Shown here one piece after another: positions 34,001 to 43,400 of a stretch of DNA of 64,000 nucleotides. The position numbers were made by a program, and so were the translations under genes. The number at the start of each line of letters is the position of its first letter. Position 1 is the first letter of the stretch. The stretch covers positions 248,001 through 312,000 of the forward strand of contig CBFFRQ010000013.1 in NCBI GenBank assembly GCA_965644315.1, written 5' to 3'. The notes below the pieces were generated by a model. That model did no database searches and was not told where the DNA came from. It saw only the letters and a list, made by a program, of their open reading frames with translations. This stretch comes from Caecitellus pseudoparvulus. Taxonomy: Eukaryota; Protista; Bigyra: Bicosoecida.

Positions 34001-35035
34001 CCCACACTTGCCACTGTCGTGGAAGCTGACAATGAGGACGGCACTACAATCGGCACGCGCACCCCAGGGTCTGCGTTGCGCAAGTCCCGCCGGTCATCCG
34101 CGACGTTCAGTGTCACTGTGCCTACGTTCCAGGAGGAAGCCGCCTCCGACTGCGATGCTGCAGAGGATGCCGAGCCTGCCGCTGAGCTCTCTCCAGTTCC
34201 AGACACTGTTTCTGCGGAGCACAGCGCCGAGGCTGAGGCCGACGATGAGGAGGCCGACGAGGCTGAGGAGGCTGACGTGGACTTTGCCGCCATGAAGGTT
34301 GCCGAGCTGCGCGCAGAGTGCGAGGCTCGTGGCTTGGACAGCAAGGGCCGCAAGGCAGAGCTGATCGAGCGTCTGGAGTCAGCGGCTGGCGGTGAGGGCG
34401 TGGAGGCTGAGGAGGCCGGCGAGGCTGAGGAGGCTGACGTGGACTTTGCCGCCATGAAGGTCGCCGAGCTGCGTGCAGAGTGCGAGGCTCGTGGCTTGGA
34501 CAGCAAGGGCCGCAAGGCAGAGCTGATCGAGCGTCTGGAGTCAGCGGCTGGCGGTGAGGGCGTGGAGGCTGAGGAGGCCGGCGAGGCTGAGGAGGCTGAC
34601 GTGGACTTTGCCGCCATGAAGGTCGCCGAGCTGCGCGCAGAGTGCGAGGCTCGTGGCTTGGACAGCAAGGGCCGCAAGGCAGAGCTGATCGAGCGTCTGG
34701 AGTCAGCGGCTGGCGGTGAGGGCGTGGAGGCTGAGGATGAGGCGGCCGATGAGGCTGAGGAGGCTGACGTGGACTTTGCCGCCATGAAGGTCGCCGAGCT
34801 GCGCGCAGAGTGCGAGGCTCGTGGCTTGGACAGCAAGGGCCGCAAGGCAGAGCTGATCGAGCGTCTGGAGTCAGCGGCTGGCGGTGAGGGCGTGGAGGCT
34901 GAGGAGGCCGACGAGGCTGAGGATGTGGACTTTGCTTCCATGTCCTACACAGAACTTCAAGCAGCTTGCAAGGAGGCTGGCTTGCCTGCGACTGGCAAGA
35001 AGACTGCTCTGATCGCCCGCCTGCAAAAGTCGTGA
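31082..35035 (+). CDS. FHA domain, 7 basic phospho-repeats, acidic region and 5 SAP/HeH domains (Ki-67-like architecture); introns 31195-31260, 31340-31411, 31539-31622, 31655-31723
   Basis: After splicing the FHA reads IMIGR.ATDCEIRI...VSKRHA...NRTAVN...LKHQDKIYI. SAP motifs MKVAELRAECEARGLDSKGRKAELIERL x4 and MSYTELQAACKEAGLPATGKKTALIARL. Confidence 0.88.
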   Translation: MADSDCYDEPVGRLFIVKDDDTDGSAFPVFDGEIMIGRYGCRGFPRSLTSEHDTVSSMHRATDCEIRIRKPMVSKRHALLSVEGDQVSPACTGAVPRRQVTQAAPLTRAQVYIHNFSKHNRTAVNKRLVTTSRRLKHQDKIYIHDRVFRFEYGEAESATATSAPNACQPQGAFSPLRVCAAPELINAKSPGVRISSPVPACDESTSLFPLCCLQLSGKSVQWPGSVEGGDETQVLDASLVQSVLGDSTNAGASATKKKQPPASAMETVVEETAAPAGMPTPLRREIQARRKSTGEKAKQGKGLPTPIRAQINARRQSAGSSMAAVEAPAESAEKAIAALPTPLRKAIQARRKSTGGKQPAAKGLPTPLRADIQARRISFGSTAPQSAAKSTPGRAAVSAGRAALPTPLRTAINARRQSMSTPEAQPASAGRQVSLTPAKDGEEKLSVTFTAASPEVKAAAMAALPTPIRFAINSRRKSYGSVSQSPAAPGSEAGVESEEEDVCLEAEAEQAHSALPTPLRAAINARRVSAATRRSSVGTVGAATPGTTVTSHAAPSTGKSKYAAAAAMFDHADAEAAAAEEDAAADVAFAGARALLMTPGTVKSRRESAVSVPASVYAYAAELMTEGEDAWLGDVVETETVETQHGNVHLFFDMNGEILKSLVEPLEAGKAGDVQPALHTVFDADGNEVATRAVYEDDFALPAEADDAALEAEEEEAEEADGEYLAEGDDVADEWGADAEEEWVAASEEGDVEFKSRYAARRSMGLGDGEGRPNQRMTFSTAAEVLSSTTPGSVRSRKSRRTSTSSTPGQPAGATALASPSPAFIDAVEAADEAFAAASAVSSRHSMGSTTSQGSVKRPRSSMGSAPGTAEKAAPAVEADAGEWEAELRAAEEGVDEDDAQAEAATLDATSEQTLGPALSSVAVDDAADIEAGAEEDAVLEESETRVGDDAFEAGELAEEEEEEDYFGRQEFNPTLATVVEADNEDGTTIGTRTPGSALRKSRRSSATFSVTVPTFQEEAASDCDAAEDAEPAAELSPVPDTVSAEHSAEAEADDEEADEAEEADVDFAAMKVAELRAECEARGLDSKGRKAELIERLESAAGGEGVEAEEAGEAEEADVDFAAMKVAELRAECEARGLDSKGRKAELIERLESAAGGEGVEAEEAGEAEEADVDFAAMKVAELRAECEARGLDSKGRKAELIERLESAAGGEGVEAEDEAADEAEEADVDFAAMKVAELRAECEARGLDSKGRKAELIERLESAAGGEGVEAEEADEAEDVDFASMSYTELQAACKEAGLPATGKKTALIARLQKS
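34262..34925 (+). repeat. Four near-identical 162-168-bp coding repeats, each one SAP domain plus acidic linker
   Basis: gaggctgacgtggactttgccgccatgaagg recurs at ~34268, 34430, 34592 and 34760. Confidence 0.93.
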
Positions 35036-35158
35036 GGCATGCAGGGGCACACCAGCGAATGAACAAAACAAAACTCACGACTTCACGTTCTTATTGCTGT
35101 CCCGGGCCACCTTGCCTTGGTTTTGGCCGCCAGGACTCCACGAGGGACCCATAGCGGC

Positions 35159-35859
35159 ATGGAGTTGTCCAGCTCTTCCTCTGTGACGGCCTACAAGCAG
35201 GGGTATTCCTGGAAAGCAGCAGCGCTTTTCTTCGTCATCACTGCGGACCTCATCATGAATGCCTTTGCTGACCACTATCACAACCCTCAACACGGCATCT
35301 GGTACCCTGCGACCTTGGTCGGGTGTGTTGGCGTTTACATGGTCAGGCAGTAACGTGTGTGAAACGCCAATGCCTCGCTGGCTCTCGGCTTGCCTGCACA
35401 GAGTTCAGTTTCTTGTGCAACTGATCGTGTTTCTCTTGATCTTCATGATGTTCCTGTCCACGTACCTGTTTCAAGTGGGACTTTTGGACACGCTTTGGTC
35501 CGAGTTCAGGCTCGTGACGCTCACACTGCCAGCCTACTTTGTGGTGTTTGTGGCGTACTTAGTCGTTAAACTGGTCAGTGGTTCGTGTGCAGCATGAGCT
35601 TCGTGTTTGTGCAATCGTCACATGCATTTCTGCGCAGATTCTCGTGTTTGGAGATCGGATGGACCACAGGCGGCTTTGGGAGGACGGCCTCTTCATCGCA
35701 GTCGCCTTGACACAGAAAGTGGCAGCGACGGCGTATTATGCCGTAATCATTGCGACGACGCTAAAATTTGGGGAGATGAGGTGGTACCTGAAAGACCCAT
35801 GGGTGCGCCAGTACCAGCACAGCCAGCGAAGCGGCCCCCAGGGGCAACTGGGTGTGTAG
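35159..35859 (+). CDS. TMEM138: TMEM138-like ciliary membrane protein; introns 35323-35401 and 35574-35637
   Basis: ADLIMNAFAD, FLSTYLFQVGLL...EFR, LWEDG...QKVAATAYY...YLKDPWVR resemble TMEM138; exon phases are consistent. Confidence 0.8.
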
Positions 35860-35917
35860 GCACACCACCGTCTGAGCAGCGAAGTGACATCGACATGCAG
35901 CCTTGAGGCATCGCCCA

Positions 35918-36349
35918 CTAGTACTTGTACTTTGTACTGTAGTCTTTCGGGGCGACGACCAGGCCACGCCCCTTGCTTGCGCCCCTGTACACTGTTTCCA
36001 CAATGTCAATGAACTCCTCCTTGTCCTTCAAGGCCCACGTCAATTTGTTGTTATTGCCTGTTCCAGTGTCAATCATGATGTGCTTGTTGCGGTAGAAAAA
36101 CATGAGGTGCAAGTCCTCCTCGTACAGCTCATACATGGCGTTGAAATCTGGCACTTCACTCAGAGAGACGAGGTAGACAACGGCCCAATCCTTGATCTCC
36201 TCGGCAGCCTCACTGAGTGTCTCATCCATCTGCATGCAGGCTGCGTTGTCGTCCTCGCCAAAGCGGATGACCACAACTCGGTCCTCTTCTCCAAGAATGG
36301 CTTGGTCCACAGCCCACCCAGATCGCAGGTGAGGCAGCAGGTAGCTCAT
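35918..36349 (-). CDS. DIM1: U5 snRNP thioredoxin-like protein DIM1/TXNL4A (143 aa)
   Basis: MSYLLPHL.SGWAVDQAIL.EEDRVVVIRFG...VPDFN.MYELY...RNKHIMID.GTGNNNK...KGRGLVVAPKDYSTKYKY; true ATG at 36349. Confidence 0.97.
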   Translation of the reverse strand: MSYLLPHLRSGWAVDQAILGEEDRVVVIRFGEDDNAACMQMDETLSEAAEEIKDWAVVYLVSLSEVPDFNAMYELYEEDLHLMFFYRNKHIMIDTGTGNNNKLTWALKDKEEFIDIVETVYRGASKGRGLVVAPKDYSTKYKY

Positions 36350-36672
36350 GGTGCCGTAGTCCGGTGCTTTCGTCAACGAGGACCACTTGATCACACGTTT
36401 GAACACACAAAACGTCCTCGGCTTGCAGCGGGACGGCCAGCGGGCTCCTAGAATGGGCCGGGAGCGGGCAGAGTTTCGCCGGGGTTTCCACGCGCGCAAG
36501 CAATTGCTATGCGCGCCACACAACCTGAACGCCGTCGTGGGTGCGAGTAGAGTTGAAAGATTCAAACCCTTGGAGATGAAAATTTCCTGTGTCATTTCTG
36601 TTTTGACCTGAACACTTGATTTGTGACGTCCGGCACGTGCAGCGTCTCCGCATCCGATTTCCGCGGCACGCC

Positions 36673-37400
36673 ATGGACGACGCTGCGTTCGATGTCCTGG
36701 GCGATGCCATCGCTGGCAGCATCATGGAGGGAGTTGAAGCCAGCATGGAGGATCCTGCTGTGCTGCAGGCCCTGTTGGAGGCGTCAAGCGTCGCTGGTGA
36801 GTGACCTGCATGTCAAGTTGTCGTACAGCGAATGTGCACTGCCTTGCCGCGCCTCGAGCCTCAGCAGGAGCCGCCGAGTTCAAGCAAGCGCCGCCAGGGG
36901 AGGTGTCTGCAGCTGCAGGCACAGCAGTTGCTGCGCAGCCGCCCGCGGCAATCGCTGGAGCTGGGGCCGCAGAGGCTTCCCCACAGCCGGCACTCCCATC
37001 TGGCACTCCCGTGGACGTTACAAGTGCAACTTTTTCCAGTTTTGACAGGAAGCTGACAGCATGTGTGCACCACTATGAAGGCATGCTGTATGTGTGGGTG
37101 GGGGGGGCGGAAGCAGCAGCAGCAGCGGCCGAGGCCGCCGCGCCCCCATCGCAGCCAAACCTTTCAGTCGCCTATCCACCCCGAAGCCTGTCGTCCAGCC
37201 GCATCCCCGCAACTTCAACCGTGGTGTTCGGCGGGGACTCGATTCCACAGGCAGCAAGCAGCGTGGCTGCGAATCTGGCGACGTGGGCGAAGCAGCCTGT
37301 CTTCCTGACGTGGGCGCTGCTGCCCAGTGGAATGGAGCTTGGCGTTGGCATTGTGGATGATGCTGTGACTGCCGTGAAGGCTGCCGTCGAGGGCGTGTGA
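36673..37400 (+). CDS. Proteasome assembly chaperone 4 (PSMG4/PAC4)-like; intron 36797 to ~36864
   Basis: LYVWVG...NLSVAYP...ATSTVVFG...SSVAANLATWAKQPVFLTWAL matches the PAC4 pattern. Confidence 0.65.
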
Positions 37401-37408
37401 AATGCATT
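37401..37408. promoter_or_regulatory. Palindromic AATGCATT in the 11-bp gap between convergent genes; candidate 3'-end signal (also at 2994, 61450, 63507)
   Basis: Exact 8-mer seen four times, each at or downstream of a stop codon; function inferred only. Confidence 0.35.
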
Positions 37409-37411
37409 GCA

Positions 37412-38250
37412 TCAAATGTCTGCAGGGTACTTCTCCATGTACCGCGCGAAGTCGAACTCGGCCGGGCGGTGGTTGAATGCCTCCACGTATTCTCTGCGCT
37501 TGGAATCCAAGTAATGCATGTTCAAGCTGCGCAGCAGGGCTGCAGCCTCGCCCTTCGTGATGTGCCCCGAAAAGTCCCCTCGAATGAGGATAGTATCCTT
37601 GCGCTCCGCAAAGTCTGAGAAGTACGACAATGCCATGTATGGCTCTGCAAAGGGGGGTGGGTGGTGTAGGCCGGGTGCTCTCCTGTCTCTGCGGCCAAAG
37701 CCAGGAGGCCTCACCCGCTGCGGCCGGGTTCTTCTTGTAGTCTTCCAGGTAAGTGAAGATGCAGTGGTCATCTTGGAACTGACTGATCACCATGAAGTAC
37801 TTGCCTTCGCCCTTGAACACGGGGAAGATGAACATGGGGCTGCGGGGGGAGGATTTATGCACGCGTGGCGCTCAGTTCCGCAGGCAAAAACCGCAGTGCT
37901 GCCTCTCACTTGGCCTTGGTGTAGTTCTTCATCTCACCCCACTGAGCCTTGGTCATGAAGGATGCAACAGAGTCAGTGCGCGTGCCGTGGTACTCTCCCC
38001 AAATGCGGCGAATGTCCTCGGGTGATTCACGCTCTAGCAAGGCATACTGGATGATCTGGTCCAAGCGCCTGGGAGCTGGGAAGGAAAAGCCCGGCATGTA
38101 CCTCGCAGAGCCTGTCAGGTACGGGTGTGAGGATGCGTCTCCTCCAGACGTGCTCAAAGCTCGTGCAACAGAGCGCTGCAATGCCAGGCTCGGCGCCGCC
38201 GAGCTTGCTCTCAGAGCTGGTAGGGCGGCAGCCGCTGCTCGTGCCAACAT
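37412..38250 (-). CDS. ATP11: Mitochondrial F1-ATPase assembly factor ATP11/ATPAF1; introns 37840-37909 and 37645-37714
   Basis: Presequence; FPAPRRLDQII...IRRIW.EYH; PMFIFPVFK; IFTYLEDYK; EPYMALSYF...ILIRGD; both 70-nt introns restore frame. Confidence 0.88.
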
Positions 38251-38532
38251 GTTGCACTCTTGCTCAAGCTGAAGCAGAGAAGAAGTGCGGAAGGGTGTCT
38301 GGTCGCTTCAGGCGTCGTATGGCGCGGGTTTTAGCCTTCGAATGCGGCACAGGCGGAGCATGGGCTGTGTGGCAGGGACAGGAGGGGTGTGCAGGGGGGC
38401 TCAACGCAGGCTCCATCCCTACAGATCTCCACTCCCCTCAAACCCAACTTCACTCACTCTTTTCGCTCACTCAAATTTGTCCTTCTGACAACCTTCGTTG
38501 TTCGATTGCCCAACCACCCCCAACTAATCACA

Positions 38533-40101
38533 ATGGCTGAGGATGACGTGCAGGCCCTCGTACGTACCAGCTGCCAGCTCACGTTGCATTCCCGCTCGGA
38601 GCTACTCCAACCGCTGGCGCGCAGCGCCGCCACGGCACCCACTCCTCAACCAAACACTCCGTTCTTGTCTTATGCAGGTGGTCGACAACGGCTCCGGTAT
38701 GGTGAAGGTGCGTGTTGCCGCGTGCTCGCAGTTTGAAGTTGGCGTGTTGAACTCTTGGCCACACCAGCCACTACAGCATCTTGCACTTTGCTCTCCCCCT
38801 ACGCCCCCCACAGGCCGGCATTGGCGGTGACGATGCTCCCCGCGCTGTCTTCCCTTCCATCGTCGGGCGCCCCAAGCACCCTGGCATCATGGTGCGTCTC
38901 GAGCACTGCTCGCGTTGCAGAGCTCTCTGCGGCAGTTCCGCACCACGCTTTGAACCACGTCAGCGGACCGCACACTCGACTCCTCTCTCCAAACTCAGGT
39001 GGGCATGGACCAGAAGGACGCCTATGTCGGTGACGAGGCCCAGTCCAAGCGCGGTGAGTGTTTCCTGTCACGTTCTGTGTGCTTGCCCTTGTGCAACGTG
39101 CACTGCCACCACGCCGGAGCAACCTGTGCTGCACCTTTCTCTCCCCGCGTGCAACCGCAGGTGTTCTGACCCTCAAGTACCCCATTGAGCACGGCATCGT
39201 GACCAACTGGGACGACATGGAGAAGATCTGGCACCACACCTTCTACAACGAGCTGCGTGTGGCCCCTGAGGAGCACCCCGTTCTGCTGACCGAGGCCCCC
39301 CAGAACCCCAAGGCCAACCGCGAGCGCATGACCCAGATCATGTTCGAGACCTTCAACGTGCCCGCCATGTACGTGAACATCCAGGCCGTCCTGTCCCTGT
39401 ACTCCTCTGGCCGCACCACCGGTGCCGTCCTGGACTCTGGTGATGGTGTGTCCCACACCGTGCCCATCTATGAGGGTTACGCCCTGTCCCACGCCATCAA
39501 GCGTCTGGACCTGGCCGGCCGCGACCTGACCGACCACCTGATGAAGATCCTGACCGAGCGCGGGTACACCTTCACCACCTCTGCCGAGCGCGAGATCGTG
39601 CGCGACGTCAAGGAGAAGCTGACCTACGTCGCTGAGGACTTCGACGCCGAGATGAAGGCCGCTGAGGAGTCCAGCCAGGCCGAGAAGCAGTACGAGCTGC
39701 CCGACGGCAACACCATCAAGATTGCCAACGAGCGCTTCCGCTGCCCCGAGGTCCTGTTCGACCCCTCCATCATCGGCAAGGAGGCCTCTGGCATCCACAC
39801 CACCCTGTTCGACACCATCATGGCTTGCGACGTCGACATCCGCAAGGACCTGTACGCCAACATCGTGCTGTCCGGTGGCACCACCATGTTCCCCGGCATC
39901 GCCGAGCGCCTGACCAAGGAGATCACCGCCCTGGCACCCCCCACCATGAAGATCAAGGTGGTCGCTCCCCCCGAGCGCAAGTACTCCGTGTGGATTGGCG
40001 GCTCCATCCTGTCCTCTCTGTCCACCTTCCAGAGCATGTGGATCTCCAAGGAGGAGTACGACGATGCCGGCCCCAGCATCGTCCACCGCAAGTGCTTCTA
40101 A
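38533..40101 (+). CDS. ACT: Actin; exons 38533-38559, 38678-38707, 38814-38891, 38999-39053, 39161-40101
   Basis: Spliced product [21 protein letters not shown]...[10 protein letters not shown]; four GT-AG introns of 106-118 nt; strong C-ending codon bias. Confidence 0.99.
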
Positions 40102-40406
40102 ATTTGCAGCCTCGCAGCGGAAACTGTGCCTCGGGCTGTGTCCGTAGTAGCAGTTCGTCCTCCACGGCTTTGCCATGTTGAGGCATTTGGTGCTTCCTGG
40201 TCTTGCTAAGGATGATTGGCTGTCTCGAAATGCACTGCTCAAGGCATTCTCACTTGTTTTCATAGTTGTAGGAAACGGTGGCGCACTTTGAAACGCGACT
40301 CAAGCTCACAATCCTCACACCCGCTGTTACTGCAGCGGATTCTGAACACCTCTGCACGAGCTTGCAAAGCCTGTGCATTGGGTTTCGCTTCCTCGCGCCT
40401 GCAGCC

Positions 40407-43400
40407 ATGGCTCGCACGCGCCAAACAGCCCGCCGCGCCAGCGGTCGGGCTCCACCTCGTCGTCCGCCAGGACGCCGGGGTGGTGTGCCTTCCTCCTCTG
40501 GCTCCATGCAGTCATCGTCTGCTCAGAGTGTTCCTTGCCGTACGGTGCCTCCCAAAGCGGCCATATCTGACGACGACCTGCTGAAGCTGGGCTTGGAGAC
40601 GGTGCGTGCACGTTGGCGTGGTGGGCCACACCCTCGCTGCGCCCTTGCCTGAACAGCTTGTCGCCAGCCTCGCTGACCTTGCCCCGGCATCCTTGTAGCT
40701 CCACGCCCCACACCACAGGTGCTCAACAGCGAATTCATCCTGCAGCGCCACGTCGCTCGTGATGAAGACCTGGAAGAGTGTGAGTGATTCCCGCAGGTGG
40801 GCAGCAAGGGCACTGCTCTGAGCGGGCACCTGGCGTCCTCCCCTCGCAGTCCGGACGGTGCAGACTGATGCCCAGGCTCTACAGGCCTCTTCCACCTCTG
40901 TACGTGCTGCTTGCTTGCTCTGTTCTTCTGCAGCGACGCTTCGACCGGCGAGGGAACAGAGGTTGCTGGCGCAGCGCCACCACGCCAAGGCGTGCCCCAT
41001 GTCCGCTTGCCGATCGCATGGCATCAAGCCGTTGCAGCTCTGCAGGCCGCCCCTCTACGAGGCCCTGCAATCCGAAGCTGCACTAGCACCACTTGTCATC
41101 GCCATTTTCCATCCTCCTTTCGTCCTCGTCCCGTGCGCAGGAGAGCAAGCGCGAATACGCCAGCGCAGGCTATGGCGACGAGGGCGACCGCTCAGCCAAC
41201 GCCTACCGTCGCGCCCGCGAGCTTGCAGCTTTGTCTGTGGCTGGAAACTCGGGCTTTGCCGCGACCGTCGCGCGTCGAGGAGCCAGCCTGCTGCGCTACT
41301 ACCGCGCTCAGAGCAAGTCAGCGGAAGGTGCGGGAGACACAGCTCTTTCCGTGCAGCCTCCTGGCCCCATCGAGCTGCCCCCTCACGAGGACTTTGCCAA
41401 GCGCGCTTCCTCTGCCACCCTACTGGTCCTGCTGGAAGATGCTGTCCTCCGCAACCCCCTCCTCGCGCTGCGCCTGCTGACTGAGGTGGCCAACCTCTTG
41501 GCCCAGTCGCCGGGCAAGCTGCACCCGTTCCAGGCTTCCCAAGGGGCTGTTTCCTTTGGCCAGGCGAGTGGACAGCCTGGGCAGCTGCAGTTCTCCATGG
41601 ACTCCATCGCCAAAGTGGCTGACCTGCTCACCCGCGTTGCGGCCGGCCGTCTGCCTGTAGGGTCCCAGTGGACTGCGCCCGAAGGCAGCCCCGCTGGGGC
41701 GGAGGATGCCGTGAAGCGGCTGGTCCGCCTGGCTGCCTTGGAGACGCTCCTGTACATGACTGCTGCACGGCAGTCCTTGACGGATGCGCTGCGCGCCCTG
41801 AACCTGCTCCTCTTTGTTGCCCCTGACGAAGAGCTGGACGTGCACGGCGTCGTGGAGGCGCTGTCCCTCACCACGTCTGGGCCCAGCATGCCCATTGCCT
41901 TGCGCAGCTCGCGCAAGCATTCCTTTGTCATGCAGAGCTCCTTCCTGTTCCTGGGAGGCGCTTCGTCAGTGTCCCAAACTTCTGCAGGCAAGGCTGCCCG
42001 CCTCGCGTCCAAGCTGAAGTTCATGTCTGTGGCCAGCGACGGCACGTACCTGTACGCGCACTCCAACTTGGGGCTGACCAAAATCGGAACAGGGCAGCGA
42101 GGCACGACTCCAGGGAATGTGTACCAGCACTTGACCGGCTACCGTGCAAACCAGCCGTCCTCCATGGCATGTGTGGGCGGCATGCTATACCTGCGCGTCG
42201 AGGACGCAGGTGCCACCGAGGACAGGCCAGCAACGCCATGGCTTGTGGCCATCTCCTGCTCCTACCTGCAGGAGGTGGGAACAGTGTCCCTCGCAGGGGC
42301 CTCCACGCCCTCGCTGCCCACCGTGTCCCCCGCTGCTGCCCTGCAGGTGGCGCAAGCCCTCGCAGCAGCCAATGTCGACCCAACACTGACCCAGGCCGTC
42401 ACGGAAGCCACCGCAACAGCCGCTGCCGGTGCTGGCGCACAGGCTGGGCAGACCCCGCTGTCTGCGGCGGCTGCTTCAGCCATGAGTCAGGCCGCTTCAG
42501 ACGCGCTGTGCAAGGCTTCATGGCGCATCACCGGTGATGGCACGTTGCTGTACGGCCTTGCCGCTCACAGTGTCATGACGACCGACGACGCGCTGCCGTT
42601 TGCGGTGTCCCGACGGGTGAAGCAACTGGATGCTGCCGAGGTGCCAGCCGCACAAGCCGCTGCTGGCGAGACGAAGGAGGAGGAGGCCGAGGCTGAAGAA
42701 GCTGGGCTGGAAAGCAAGGAAGACATCTCTTCCCCTGCCCCTGAACCAGAGGGAGCACCTGAGGGCGACAGCCAGCCAGAGGCCACCCCAGATGAGCCAG
42801 TTGATGCTGCGACTGGCGCAGCTGTTCCTTCGGAAGAGGTAACTGTGTCCCTTCACGCCTTTGCCCCGGGGTCGAAGCTGAAGGGGAGTGACGGCGATGA
42901 GGAGGCATCCACCGTAGGCATGTCCCACTTGAAGTCCTTGGTGCTGCAGCGACCAGCTCGCAAGGCGTTCCCCGCCAGCGCCATGCTGTCCTTTGGGTCC
43001 GTCGTGCAGAACAGCACAGCGATCGCAGGGCTGGGCATGGCCATGTCGGCGGCCGCAACATCCAAACTTGACGAAGCCGACTCCAGGTCATCCTCAAAGA
43101 AAGCATCCAAGCGCCGCAAGCAGATGAAGGACGCGTCCAAGGCGGCCGAGGCTGCCTCTGCCTCCATTGCAAGCTCCATGTCCTGCCCCGGTGTGCACAT
43201 CCCAGGCGCACCACACTTGCGAGGGCACCGCAGCCTGACTCTGGAGACTTGGGTGCGCATGGACTCCGTCTCCCTGGCCAGTGGCCCGTCTTTCGGCTCA
43301 CACTCAAGTGGGGGGTTCTCCAAGGCGGGTTCCAGATCTGGGTTCGCTTCGAAGGCAGCTCGGAAGGGGGCCACCTCTGACTCTGAGGATGACGCAGGTG

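Noticed and set aside
36350-36595. N-terminal extension of DIM1 in the ORF track
   Set aside because: The conserved protein starts at MSYLLPHL (36349); the upstream stretch is the divergent promoter region shared with the PSMG4-like gene.
39022-40263. 413-aa ORF antisense to actin, and similar shadows at 2995-4239, 52636-54360 and 58787-60373
   Set aside because: Expected antisense shadows of GC-rich, codon-biased genes; no recognisable domains.
40278-40652. A histone H3 or CenH3 gene
   Set aside because: Only the tail resembles H3; no histone fold follows in any frame, and the exon splices in phase to the HECT gene.
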